A stretch of 64,000 nucleotides of DNA from Eledone cirrhosa (taxonomy: Eukaryota). The position numbers were made by a program, and so were the translations under genes. Position 1 is the first letter of the stretch. Each line of letters begins with the position of its first letter. The stretch spans positions 170,500,001 through 170,564,000 of the forward strand of contig OZ024743.1 in assembly GCA_964016885.1 (NCBI GenBank), read 5' to 3'. A model generated the notes under the pieces. It saw only the letters and a list, made by a program, of their open reading frames with translations, was not told where the DNA came from and ran no database searches. Below, piece by piece: positions 49,154-62,412 of this stretch.

Positions 49154-49157
<4 letters not shown>
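48538..49157. repeat. 203-bp tandem repeat, 3 near-identical copies, at the LINE 5' end
   Basis: gggcataattt occurs at 48538, 48741, 48944 and 49147. Confidence 0.95.
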
Positions 49158-49234
<77 letters not shown>

Positions 49235-49244
49235 CATTTATATA

Positions 49245-51215
49245 TGGGTACTTCTATATGCAAATGATCTAACACTCATAGCTGAATCCATGGCTGAACT
49301 AGACAAGTTCCAAACATGGAAGCATGGCCTAGAATCAAAAGTCAACTTGTCTAAGACTAAAGTGACATCAGGTCCACTATCTTCTTGGGGATTCCATAAG
49401 CCTGTAAGATCTTCATCAGGCAGTGACGGTCCACAGAATCAAAGGCCTTCCTAAAGTCAATGAAAACCATAACAGCAGGAAAGCTCTTTGATCTAGCTCC
49501 CTCTAATATCCTCCTCAACATTAGGATGTGACTGGTGGTTGATCTGCCCTCTCTAAAGTCGTTTTGGTTGTCCCTGATGTTCTTCTCCATCTTAGGCTGG
49601 ATCCTGTTAAGAATAATCCTGTTGAGGGTCTTTACCACAAGTAACGTCAGTGAGATACCCCTGTTGTTGTTGGTGTTAGAGAGATCTCTCTTCTTTGGCA
49701 CTGGGATGATGTTACTGATCCTCCACTGATTCCGAACAACTCCTTTTTCCAGCTCTCTTTACACCTAGATCTGTCAACTGCTGTCTCAACACTTCTGATC
49801 TTCTCTAACAGTGCCTCCTCTCTGGCCTCAGTGTAAGTGGTACAGAGTTCTTTCCTCATCACCTCCATATTCTCCTTTCTCTCCTCTGTAGGATCAGCAT
49901 GGAAATGGTCCTTGGCAGCTTTCAGCTCTCCTTGGCACCAAGGTCTCACATGCTACTGCATTTGTGAAGTACCCGTACCTCCTCATCACACTTTCCTCAG
50001 TCCCTACAATCTCTCTCTCCTCTGCCTCTCCACACAGAGCACTGAACCTGTTCCTCACTTCTACTGTGAACTTCTCTTGTAGCTTATCATCTTGCTTGAA
50101 AGCTCTCCAGTCATAGATTGCTCTCCAGGGTTGAGCCTTACTTTTTCTTAAGCTCACCTGGACCTCACTCATAACAAGCCAAAGGTCACTGCCCAGTGTA
50201 CTGAAATAATTGTATGGTTATGTGTTCAGAACACTATTCTGCCAGAATGAAATCAATCTGGGACTTGGACAGGTGCATATCAGAGATGTAGGTCAACATC
50301 TTCCCAGGATTCTTCCTAAACCTTAGGTTGGTCGCCATCAAGTTTGCCTCTAGCAGGGTGTCCTCAGTAGTCTCCCATTTCAGTTGGTGTTGTTATGGAA
50401 GTACCAGCAAGGATCTTCACTGCCCTCCTTACTCAATGTCCATTGAAGTCACCCAGAACAAACAGGATGTTATGAGCTTGTGTGGTGTTGACAGCTCTAC
50501 ACACTTCCTCGTGGAATCCTCTGCACTCATCTCACTGTCCTCCTCAGTTGGAGTATAGGCTGAGATGACTGTCAGTCTTGGGTTTCCATTGAAGGTCAGC
50601 CTCAACACTCGCATGGAGACAGGTATGATTTCCCTCACTAATAGATTGGTTCTTGCACTGAACACAAAACTCACTCCTCCTACTGCAGCATTAGTTGTGT
50701 TCCTCACTGCTTGATGTGGTGATGAGCTAGCTCCTCACTCCAATCATCACTCTCTTCATGGGCTCATCATGTAGGATCCTGTGTTCTTGGATCACAAGTA
50801 TCTGTATACCACTCTCCTCGAACAGATGACCAAACTCCTCTCTCTTTTCCAGCATCCGAACAGTCCTCACATTCAGAATGCCCATTTTAATGGCTCTTTT
50901 GCAGGACAAAACTGTATTCTTTATATTTGTCTCAGAGACATCTGATCTATCATCCACTGGCCCTCCCTGTCATAATGACCAGACTGCTCCTTGACAGTGT
51001 AGTTAGGGGCTCTAACCCTAGTGCTGTTAAATACACTCTCCATGGTTCTTTTCAGTGGCTGATAATACCTTACCGGCACCACTAACAGGTATTACTACTC
51101 CAGGCCAGAGCAGACCTGGAAGTGATAACAACTAAGGGATAACTCCACATTCCCCACAGCTCCTGAACTTCTGAACTGGAGCCTTGCCATTGGATGCAGT
51201 TTAATGTCATAGGAC
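49245..51215. mobile_element. Short + strand RTE RT fragment joined to a degraded - strand RTE-like LINE 5' half
   Basis: On +: LLYANDLTLIAES (49250-49360). On -: MGILNVRT, VIQEHR, ISAYTPT, NNRGISL, FIDFRKAFDSV (49360-50960), with a 5' region extending to about 51215. Confidence 0.75.
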
Positions 51216-51479
51216 ATATATATATATATATTTATTAAAATAACAGATTAAAGTTTAAGCAAAGAATCGCTGCCTTCACCCTTAACAGGATCTTCTGAAA
51301 CTAACAAAGTGTGTATATATATATATATATATATACCTACACACACAATATAATTGTTGTTGTTGTCATTGTTGAAGTTGTTGTTATACTACTGCTACAA
51401 CTACAACTAATTTTTTGTTGTTTTAAATAAGTACATTTCAGCCAATATGAGTCCAGACAATTTGTATTACTGATTCCAC

Positions 51480-52010
51480 TTGTAACTTACCATCTCCTTA
51501 ATACTACCATAAAGTTCCCACTTATTCTTAACTGTATTAATTAATCTACACCTATCTTACACTTCCATCTCTTTCGCCTAATCTTCATTATCTTAAATTT
51601 TTCATTGCTTCTCCTAAAATACTATCCTCCATCTACTTCTCCCTCTCTTTTCTTTCATATATTTATTCCTCTATCTTTTGCTTCTTCCTTATATTTTTTC
51701 TTCTTTTCTTCTTTTACTTCTTTCTCCTTTTCTCTCTCCTCCTTTTCCTTTTTATGATCACTTTATTTTTGCTTGCCTTATATCCCTCCCTATATATGAA
51801 AAAGTCTCATTCCACTTTGAAAATGTGTTGTGAGTGCATTTAATTATTTAAGTAGCTGGATTCAATTTAATTTGATTGGAATAATCAAATATAAATGATC
51901 CAAGATTGATATGTAACACATACGATGAAACGCGTGTAAGTGTTATGCAATAAATGTTATTTCCACTCTTCTGGATTGTGATGTTTTTATAATAATTTTG
52001 TAAATTTCTA
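51480..52010 (+). mobile_element. Penelope-like pseudo-LTR remnant with degenerate hammerhead
   Basis: CT-rich tract, then CACT-TTGAAAA...GAAA-CGCGTG-TA-AGTG (51813-51942), followed by aataaa. Confidence 0.5.
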
Positions 52011-52191
52011 TATATACTCCACAAATTGTTACACTTGGAACCTATAGTAGAACTACCACAGGATTTACCAACTGAAATAATTCATCCATTGTGTAAAACA
52101 CTATTGTAAGCGATCTCTGATACTTGTTAACTAATCAAATTAATTGATTACACCGACAGAAATGGAATAATATTATAATTACATATATACA

Positions 52192-52398
52192 CAGTCTGTT
52201 CGATTTTTACATGAAGATGCATTTGTGAACGCAGCGTGTAAAGCAAATCTGCATAATTCAAGTTTAGTTTTCCCATAAATAAAAAAAAATATAAACCACA
52301 TGTGTTCTAGCGCATTAAATAATATTTAATAATATTTTTTCAAGAGGCAATAAAGTGAATTTGCGTACTTCAAATTTACATAAAAAGGGAACAGACTG
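52192..52398. mobile_element. MITE (Tc1/mariner-like)
   Basis: Terminal inverted repeats cagtctgttc..ttttta / taaaaa..gaacagactg, in a TA context. Confidence 0.65.
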
Positions 52399-52423
52399 TA
52401 TATATGTGTGTATATATAGAGAG

Positions 52424-52469
<46 letters not shown>

Positions 52470-52658
52470 TGCTAGTCACTAAAGAAAGGATTGTTTTTAT
52501 ATCTTGTCTTTTTATTTTGGCAGATGTTTACATTTCATTGACTAATCTCTTACTCCTCCCCACATACATGCATTTGTTACACCCAACTATACAGTCACAC
52601 ACACACACACATACACATCGATATACATCTTATTACTGTTTCTGTTGTTTATCCTTAG

Positions 52659-53769
52659 GCTGATGATTCTGATGAAGAGGAGCAATGTGCACTCAGCGAC
52701 AAATGGAAGTATCAGCGAAGCAGTCGACGGTGGTCTCGCATGGGACTGCAAATGTACCAGAAGCGTCCATCTGACACAGTGCCACCTCTGTCTCCAGTTA
52801 AAGGCAGTGCCAGTCATGACAGTTTGCTAACAGACCAAGATAGATATAGCCATCTAGAGAGCAGTTCATTTCACTCATCAAACACTGACCATGACAACAA
52901 ACAGATTGCTGCTGCAGCATCTCTAGAATTTCCAGAATCTTTATATACCTCAACTGAGTCTGAGAGTGGTGGTGACAAATCACGAGCAGAATCACATTCT
53001 TCTGCAAATATGCCAACTATTGGGCAGGCATTGCTGAGCCCTAAGCTAGGCCGAGCCTCAAGTTTTCGACCGGCAAGGATTCTAATAAGTCGCCTGGGAT
53101 CGAAGAAAAATGGTGGAAGTATGCGTAATAAGAAACATATGGACTGCTTGCAGATCAGCGGTCCAATTGTTATGGAGACAGACAACATGAAAGAGACAAT
53201 TCGTCGTCTGAACTGCATCGATTTGGAAAAGAAGAGCAAACGGCCAATAATGACTCGGTCCAATTCCACTGTCTGCTCATCTCCAGACTGTAGCTCATCA
53301 CTGGATTATTCTTCAGCCAGTAGCCCTGATATTCATCAACATACAACAACAACAACTGTACAGACAAAACAGAAAGAAGAATTTTCTCCATTTCAGACCT
53401 CAGACAACCACTCTGATAATCATTCCATTTCAAAAAATATTGTAAAAAAAAATAGTACTTCAAGCAATTTGACTGAAGTCTACTTGCTGCCAGCTGACTA
53501 TAAACCAGGCAGTTTTCCCAAAGTCATAAACAATGGTTACATTGAGACTGGAGAAGGTCATGGAATAAATTTTAGGACAGGTAGCTTCAGTTTGGGACAT
53601 GATTCCAAACAGAAGGACAGTTCAAAAAATGACCGATCCAAACGTGTTAGTATTTATGATAATGTCCCATTGGAAGAATCTGTCGAGGCAGAATTAGATG
53701 AAATCGTTAGGAATTTATATGAAAATATCACTGGATTTACTAATTATGTTGGATCTGAAGATTCATTTG
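52659..53769 (+). CDS. DLC1: DLC1-like RhoGAP, large serine-rich/focal-adhesion-targeting exon (1111 bp)
   Basis: ccttag acceptor and gtaagt donor. Begins ADDSDEEEQCALSDKWKYQRSSRRWSR. Contains DYKPGSFPK, INFRTGSF, RVSIYDNVP and ELDEIV, all recognisable DLC1-family motifs. In frame with ORF 52740..53777. Confidence 0.95.
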
Positions 53770-55509
53770 GTAAGTAATTTTGTAATATGTCTGAGTGTTG
53801 TGTGTATGTCTATATGTGTGTGTGTGTGTAGGTGGATGTGCGTGTGTGTGTATATATATATATATATATTATTTATTATATATATTATATATTATATATA
53901 TATCATCATCATCATTTAATGTCCATTTTTTATGCTTGCATGAGTTTGATGGGCTGTCACAACATGAGACAATTTAGGTGACCATGTCTTTGCTCATATG
54001 GATTTGTATTTTGGTTTGGTTTCAACAGCTGGATTCCTTTCCTAATGCTAGCCATGTTATAGTGTAGACTGGGTGATTTTTATCATGGTACTAAAATGAC
54101 CACTTAACAGTGTGGACTGGATACAATCATTCGATACCTGAGAGTACACATCATTCCTCAGTCTTTACTGTCAGATAAGGTGTTTCTGCCTGTATTTCAA
54201 TTGAAGAAACTATTTAAACTGTATTTTTGTATTGAGTACTTGTTAGTTTTTGTTACTTGTTTTTTAAGTTTTCTTATAAAAAATGCACTCCTACTGTGTG
54301 TGTGTGTATAATATTCTGCTACAGGCTGCATGTGAAATGAATTTTTTAACTATGGAATAAAATTTAAGACTGTATTAAGCAGCTTTTAAGAGGATCTGAT
54401 GCATTAGATGAACTCCAATTTAAAAGGTAATAATTAGAAAATAAAAAATTACGAGTGCCTAATACCAAGTAATATTTACCTAATACATATGGCCAGGATA
54501 CACATGGCCATATATATCTAACTATATATACATATATATGTGTGTGTGTATTCTCTGGGATTGTGGGTTTGAGTCCAGCTGTATGTAAATACTTTAGAAA
54601 GAAATATAATTTTCAAAGAAATTAAATATTTTATAGTTTTCTATAAACTTCCAACTACCGATAGTTTTCAAAATAGCCCAATAATTTCTGTAGGTAATAC
54701 TGATATATTGAAGGTGGTCATGCTGGTGCCATGAAAAAAGCACCCAGTCAGCTATCTAAGAAGTTGTCGTTTTACAGTGTGCTTTTATTGTGTAGATCAC
54801 CAGCACTAAGCAAGCTGTCATGTCCTTGACACAACTAAAGAGTCCTCCAAACCCTTTGTTTGGCAAGTCTGGATGCCCTTCCTATCACCAACCATGTTAC
54901 AGTGTGTACTGGATGTTTATCTTGTAGATCACTAAAACTAGAGAGGTTATTGTCTTTGGCATAACTAAAGGGTCCTTTCAACCCTTTTAGGCATGGTTTC
55001 TACAGAAGCGTGCCCTTCCTGTCACCAACCTCCATTACTGAGTGTACCTTGTGCATTTTCGTGGCACCAATACGAGAGAGGTTGTTGGTCATAGACCCAG
55101 CTGTAGAATCCTCCCAGCTCTGGGGAGGAGGGCATTAGTGGAGGGAAATAGGTATGAAGTTATAGGTGTTTGTCGAGATTTTGTGGAGCAATGAATAAAG
55201 TGTAGGGGTGGTTGATTAGTGTATGGGAATGTAGTGGTGTGAGGGATGTGGTCAATATGGTAGGAATGAGTGTGATGAAAAGTTAGGTAGGGATAAGGGA
55301 TGAGCATGGGGTAGGTTTAGCTGGTTAGTGTATGGGGAGAGGGGATGTAGCATATGGGGTGTGGGGAATGTGCTCAATAGAGAGGGGCATTGTGATGGAA
55401 AGATAGGTAAGGGTGTAGTGAGGTGAGGGAGTAAAGGCTGGTAGTGGTGGGGTGATCAACAGGTAGAGAGAGTAGCTACTAGTGAAGATACGTAAGATAT
55501 TTAGAGGTG

Positions 55510-56540
55510 GGTAGTAGTTAAGGAGTGGGGGAATTTGTCTTTGCCTGGTTTTTAAATGTATGTTGGTGTTGGTAATACAGTCTTGAACTAGCAGGTGGTT
55601 AATCCGATGTCGGCTTTGTCGGAATGCTCCGTCATAACATTGTACTTGTAAACAATGTTACGTTGCCGGCATCTATTGTTAAGAGGACAAAGTCATTTAT
55701 CCAAACAATTACATTGCCTGGATAACTCCTCACTGATTTCTGAATTGTGTCTGTTAGAATGGAGTTTGGCAGTGTTAGAGGAAGCAATATTTAGTGTGAA
55801 ACTGGGTGTGGTGCTGTAAGACAGTTTAATGGTGTTTCTGTTGAAGTGATGTTGGTAGCAATGTTGTGGTGGGAAGTGTTTATTGAGAAGTCTGAGGAAG
55901 ATCTCCCTGATTGGTGTGGTGACTTCAGCGTTGTTGCCTGAATGGCAACTCCACCTGCTGATTCAGCTAGTGGTGTTTGGGTAATAGGAAGTTCTTCCTT
56001 GAATCCCACTTTTTTTAGGGCCTTATTGTAGTGTGGTGCATGTTTCTTGAATATCTGCTCATTTGCAGACAAGCGTCATATACAGAGGGAGATGTTTTTT
56101 TACCAAATTATTAGTAATATTCCAAATTATTAGTAATATTGTAGGTTCTCGTTTAGTTTCCCGAAGGGGTAGTACAGTTTTTTTCTCCAAATTTAGGGTT
56201 ACATCCAAGAAGTTCGTACAGATAAGGGACGTTTGTAGGGTAACTCTGAAACCTAATTCACGAAAGAACTTGATGAGGTGTTTATGGACCCGGTTTGTAC
56301 TACTGGGGTTGTATCCAGTAAGAGTGACAAGCCCACATCTCTGTACAAACCCCCTCCAAGTGCAAGAACCCTTTCTATAAGCTTCTGGAGTATGGACAGG
56401 CCTATTAGATCTGAACCTCAGTGAGTCAGGGCTCCCATACTAACATCAAAAGGTGAGTCTGGGCCCCTTTTTATCCAGGTGGAATCTTTGAAAAGCAATG
56501 CGCTCTTCCTAGCATGGAAAATAATATTGATTTCTTGGTC
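55510..56540 (-). mobile_element. Degraded Penelope-like retroelement (RT C-terminal region)
   Basis: FDVSMG...GSDL, TNFLDVTLNL, SANEQIFKKHAPHYNKALKKVGF and NCLDK..CPLNNRC...VYK remnants. Confidence 0.7.
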
Positions 56541-57725
56541 ACTCATAGATTTGTTTGACTTAAATAGGATTTGTATTATTGTTTCCATCACAGCAATTAC
56601 TATCTACAACTTTTCTTTTAAAATAGTTTTGTGTAAAGCCTGGTGATTCCCCTAAAAATGTTTAGATATTCTGTCAATTGTGAAGAAGAACCACAACTAT
56701 ACGATTGACTTACTATAGAAACTTAATGTTGATGTGTGAATAAATCTTAAATATGTGTGTGCACTGCTGGATAGACGACCAGGTCACAGTAAATAAATCC
56801 CATTATAATGGGTATGACTCGTTGTTGGTCTCATACAATTCTTTGATATCGACACCAATTCCACACTTAGGGCACCTACAGATCATGAAAGCATGCATTT
56901 TGTTGAGATACACACACCCACAAAACCCCACAGATCTCATTGATAAAGCTAATTCGACCCTTTTACAATATTATATTTATCTATACATTTGACCTCATGC
57001 ATACACACATGAACAATCACTAGGCTAAATATTTATATAGACAGCCACTCACCCAACAAACCAGATACTTTCATAAAGGTTTTTTACAACTGGTAAATAA
57101 TGCTTGCCCTTATTTGGTCATCGGAATTTCCTGATGAAACAGTTTTTTCCACCGCCAAAACATCTGCGATTCAGTCTGGAACTAGCTGTTGAAACAGCAA
57201 GAGCTCAGCCATTGGTTCCCAACTTTTTCATATAACTATGCTCTACTTCCCCAAGTATTGAGTACCCTGGTGAATAATGGTCTAAACAGGTTTTTACTGT
57301 ATCCCAAAAATACACAGTCAATGCTATAATGTGGCCATGTAGGTAACACAGTAAAAAGTTCCCAGTTCCACACTGTAAATGTGGTTGGTGTTAGGAAGGG
57401 CATCCAGATAGTCCTATATGAGCAAGACACCGTCACCTGACCAACCTTGCCTCAAGTGGGACAACTCCTATCTAACCCATGCTAGCGTGGAAGATGGACG
57501 TTAAACGAAGATGATGATGGTGATGATATAGTAATAATAAATGTGAAGACTTAAATCTGAAGAGGGCTCGATAAGGATTATATATATATATAAAATATAT
57601 ATAAACCCATAGAGCAAAGCAGCAAGTTTTTGCTTAAACTTTAATCTGTTCTTATAATAAATATATGTGTGTGTGTATAAATATATATATATATTTGAAT
57701 AAGCATAAAACAGTGATGTGAGTTT

Positions 57726-57982
57726 TGGAGGGTCATGTTGCCAATAAAAACACATGCACCTGTTGGTTCACTTCAATTTACTATAAATTTCCAGTTGATT
57801 GGTTCAATAACCGAATGGTTGTTTATATATTGTCAAAGCTCTTTTATCACACATTCCGTGACCTCCTCAGTTTCTTATTTTGTGTCTCTACTATGTTCTT
57901 TCCTACACTATCTTGTTTTTGTGTGAAATTGAAGTGAAAACCAACAGGTGCATATGTTTTTATTGGTAGCATGACTTTCCCA
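57726..57982. repeat. Short element with ~55-bp imperfect inverted ends
   Basis: gtcatgttgccaataaaaacacatgcacctgttggtt..cacttcaattt / aaattgaagtg..aaccaacaggtgcatatgtttttattggtagcatgac. Related sequence lies at about 23135-23310. Confidence 0.7.
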
Positions 57983-58245
57983 ATATCTATTTCAACACAT
58001 GCTTTCAGATAAGAAATCTTGAAAAACAAAGTGTAAATATATATAAGTAGAAGGGGTATTTAATTTGTTGGAAGTCCGACAAATATAGATGTTTATAACT
58101 GATTTAGAGCACTCAACAGATTACTGGAGTAAATATTCAATGATATTAAATAAATGGAAACTATATTTATAAAACCACTATCCAGTGAATTTCCAACTGA
58201 TAAGGTATGATTTTCATGGGTATGTCTCTATTTATAAAACAAACT

Positions 58246-58313
58246 TTTATTTTGTCTGATGAAAGCGTACCAATGTTGTCTTGGTACCCTAGAAATATAT
58301 ATAATAAAATAAA
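58246..58313 (+). ncRNA. Minimal type-I hammerhead ribozyme motif (family H2)
   Basis: TTTATTTTGT-CTGATGA-AAGCGTACCAA...TTGGTACCCTA-GAAA-TATATA-TA-ATAAAATAAA. Confidence 0.7.
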
Positions 58314-58369
58314 TATGGTTTTATAAATATAGTTTCCATTTATTTAATATCATTGTGTATATATATATA

Positions 58370-61300
58370 TCATCATCATCATCATCATCATCATTTTACG
58401 TCCGCTTTTCCCTGCTTGCAAGGGTGGGACGGGTCTTATTCAGAACAGCATCTCTCCACTTGTCACGGTCCCTCGTCATCTCCACCATGAGCTTCAATGA
58501 TCTGAGGTCTGTTCTCCCACCTCCGCCCATGTTTTTCGTGGTCTACCTCTACCACGTCTTCCTTCAACTGGCAATTCCTGGCACTTCTTCACCCATCGGT
58601 CATCCTCCATGCGCATCACATGTCAAAACCACCTCAGTCTTCTCTCCCGTACACTACATTCTATCCCTCTCAGACACAGTTTCTCTCTCAACACATTTAT
58701 GCTGGGTCGTTCACGCACATTTACACTGCACATCCAAAGGAACATGCTTGCCTCATTTCTCTCCAGCCGTCGCATATCCTCTGCAGTTGCTGACCATGTC
58801 TCACTACCATGCAGCATCGTGCTCCTCACACAGGCATCATACAACCAGCCTTTCGTACACAGGGAGAAACCCTTCTTCGTCAACAGAGGAAGCAGCTCCC
58901 TAAACTTCTTCCAACCCGTCCTTATTCTAGATACTATGGCCTCGGAACACCCTCCTCCCATGCTAATCTGATCACCTAGGTACCAGAAGCTATCCACCAC
59001 TTCTATAGCACCCGCCTGCATTTGAAAAATGTGTCTATCAATGCGACTTCTACTGTCTAATTACATATTTCTCCCTACCTGTTAGTTTGCCTGCTATCCC
59101 ACTACATCTCTTGTGTACCCAGGATCTGCATTGTGTGCATTTTATAGAATTTATGCCAGTTCCTTTTCTGCATATCGAACATGGCCATTTCCCTGATGGA
59201 ATCAGGGTTTTGTCCTCTTTTCTACTCATCAACACTTTTGTCTTAGCTAGATTCACTCTCAGTCCTCTTGCTTCCAACTGCTGTTTCCATAACCAGAATT
59301 TATTCTCTAGCTCCTCTACTGATTCTGCTATAAGAACCAGATCGTCAGCATAGAGAAGTTCCCATGGACAGCCAGTCTTAAACTCCTCTGTTATGGCTTG
59401 GAGGACTATAATGAACAAGAGCAGGCTGAGGACCGAACCCTGATGTACTCCTACTTGTATCTGGAATTCCTCACTAAACTCCATTCCTACCCTGACTTTA
59501 CTGAGAGTACCTCTGTACAAAGTTTGCACTGTCCTCACAAGCCATTCCTCAACACCTAGCATCCTTAGGGACCACCAGATGACAGATCGGGGTACCCTAT
59601 CAAAGGCCTTCTCTAGGTCAACAAAGTCTAAGTATAGTGGTTTATTCTTCTCTAAGAACCTCTCTTGCAATTGTCTCACCAAGAAGAGGGCATCTGTTGT
59701 ACTCTTCCCAGGCACAAAACCAAACTGCATCTCATCTAGTTTGGCTCTTTCTCTAATTAGTTGTGCTAAAATCCTTTCTGCCACTTTCATAACCTGATCT
59801 ATCAGTTTTATACCCCTATAATTGCTCTTCTCCAAAGCATCCCCTTTACCTTTGTAGCAATTTATGAGAATACTGCTGCACCAGTCTTTGGGTATGACAC
59901 CACCATATATAGCCTGATTGATGATGTGTGCAACCAGTTTAGTGCCTACGTCCCCTGATGCCTTCAGCATCTCAGCAACTATTCTCGATGGTCTGGCAGC
60001 CTTACCATTTTTCATTTCCCTAATCGCCTCTTGGACCCTATATTCGTCAATATCAATAGCTGGTCCCTCTGTCGGATCTACCAAGGGTAATTTCTCTCTC
60101 TCCCATTCATTCTCCACATTCATCAGTCTCTCATAATGACATTTCCAGGCCTCCTTTTTCTGATCATTCGTGACACTAAGTACACCAGCATCATCCCGGA
60201 CACATTTATCTCCAACAACATCCTGATTTGCATTGACACACTGTCTTGCAATGTGGAACACCGCACACCTCTGATCTTCCCGTCGCAGAACATTGGCAAA
60301 CCTCCTACTCTCTGCCTCCCTGTGTGCTAAGTACACCTGACGTCTAGCTTCTCTCTTAGTGGCTGTATATTCTTCCCTACTCCCACCCTTTTTCCAAGCC
60401 TTCCATGCTAGTCTTTTGTCTCTCATAGCCTTATCTACTGTGCTGTTCCACCACCAGGTCACTCTCTGTCTGGTTGGAGCTCTGCTCCAGCCACAAGTTT
60501 CATCGGTAGCCTGCTGCAAGTTGTCACGTAAGAAATTCCAGTTATTATCTATGTCATACGTCTCTAAATCGTCTTCTTTTTCGTGATATACATCTTGAAG
60601 GGCTTTCCTAAATTTGTATTTTAGTGAAAGGTCTTTTAGCTTCCAGACCTTTTTTCTCCACACCTTCCTATATGTCTCATTCCATCTCTTGCTTACTGAA
60701 ATATCACTAACCTATGCTGTGGGGTACATTCTTCCCCAGGGTATGCCTTGGTATTAGACACTATCTGCCTGTCCTGCTGCCTAACTAGTAGGAAGTCAAT
60801 CTGGCTTATGTGCTCACCAGATTTGTAGGTTATTAGGTGATTGGCAGGTTTCTGGAAGTTTGTGTTGCAAATAGTCAATGTACCCGCATCACAAAATTCA
60901 TTTCTTGAACCGTAACCGTGCCCACCATGTACCCCAGTGTAACCATCCTGGAGCTGTCCAACATGACCATTGACGTCTCCTGCTAGCATAACGATGTCTC
61001 CGTCCTCTGTCATTGCGGTTGTTTGCAAAAGTTGCTCATAAAAAGCAGTCTTTCTCATCTTTGCCTAGGCCTGCTTGGGGAGCATAGGCCGAGATGATTG
61101 TCAGTAGTCTCCTACCTACAACTAATCTAAGCTTAATTATTCGATTACTAACTCGAACTACCTCTATTGTCTTATTGATCCATTTCTCAGCCAGGAAAAT
61201 GCCTACTCCCCCTAGCCCATCATCCTTACCTACCCAGAATAGCTTATAGCTAAGACGCTTGCCTACGACTAGTCTCGCAGAGGCACCTCTCCATCTCACC

Positions 61301-61850
61301 TCTTGCACGCAGCACACATCCACCTGCCTTCTCTCCAGCATCTCCGCTATTTCAGCAGATCTACCTCTGAGAGTGCCAACATTAAGTGTTGCAACTCTGA
61401 GATGCGACGTCTTCATATTTTGTTGTTGTTCCTATGTGTTGCTGTGCAGATAAGCGTTTTGGCATTGATACACTGGTTGGATGCCCTTCCTAACACCAGC
61501 GCCACTTTACAGCATGGACTGGGTGCTTTTATTTGTGCCACCAGCACTAGAGAGGATGTTCCCTCTCTACCCCTCCATTTTACAGCATGGTGATAAAAAA
61601 AAAAAAAAAAATTATTGACACAACGCACACACAAACACTCACACACCAACACTCATGCATACAAACCACAACCACACACACGCCACTCACATACCAACAC
61701 TCATTCATGCATACAATCACAAACACATATATATATATATATTACCGACAGTACTGATACAAACACAAAATCAAAATCAAAATCATCAAAATCAAAATCA
61801 ATATCATGTCAACTGTTGACCTTTCCCAGTCCAGTTCAGCTTGTATATAA
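58370..61850 (-). mobile_element. Near full-length RTE LINE, family A copy 2, disrupted
   Basis: Highly similar to 26289-29845. The ORF is broken into 61036-61416, 60693-61058, 59050-60663 and 58623-59021 by small indels. Confidence 0.93.
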
Positions 61851-61956
61851 TAATAATATATATATATATAGTAATAATAATAAATGTGAAGACTAAAATC
61901 CAAAGAGGGGTCGATAAGGATAAATATATATCAAATATATAAGAACCATAGAGCAA

Positions 61957-62412
61957 ATATTTATTAAAATAACAGATTAAAGTTTAAGCAAAGAATCGCT
62001 GCTTTCACCCTTAACAGGATCTTCTGAAACTAAAAAAATCAATCTGTGAACGCAGAAGTAAATATTTCTAAAAACGTTGCAACCGAAGGAAAACAGGCAG
62101 ACGATACTTTGGTTCGGAAAGACATTCCCGGTTTCCTAAATAAAATATACCATAAACGTGGTTTTGTCTTTGCGCGTAATTGTTCTCATCACCCCCTCAT
62201 CACGATGTATTATCTTCGCTTTTTTCCGTTCATTGCTGGGGAACGTCTTCACAAGCCAAAGTATCGTCTACCTGTTTTCCTTCGGTTGCAACATTTTTCG
62301 AAATATTTACTTCTGCGTTCACAGATTGATTTTTTTTAGTTTCAGAAGATCCCGTTAAGGGTGAAAGCAACGATTCTTTGCTTAAATTTGAATCTGTTAT
62401 TTTAATAAATAT
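61957..62412. repeat. Inverted repeat (~175-bp arms, ~110-bp spacer), each arm carrying a hammerhead-like motif (family H3)
   Basis: 61957-62129 is the reverse complement of 62239-62412, with transitions. A third partial copy lies at 51231-51302. Confidence 0.85.

Larger units (their letters stand above)
44650..49158 (-). mobile_element. Full-length RTE-clade LINE, family B, with 5' tandem monomers and long 3' UTR
   Basis: Intact ORF, three 203-bp 5' repeats, a ~490-bp 3' UTR with a 112-bp duplication, and a (TGA)n tail. Confidence 0.92.

Noticed and set aside
50960-51215. Twister or HDV ribozyme at this LINE 5' end, or at the family A and B 5' ends
   Set aside because: I could not assemble either fold by eye.
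52740-53777. Stand-alone 345-aa gene
   Set aside because: Homology extends upstream of the ATG to a splice acceptor at 52658, and a donor precedes the stop. It is an internal exon.
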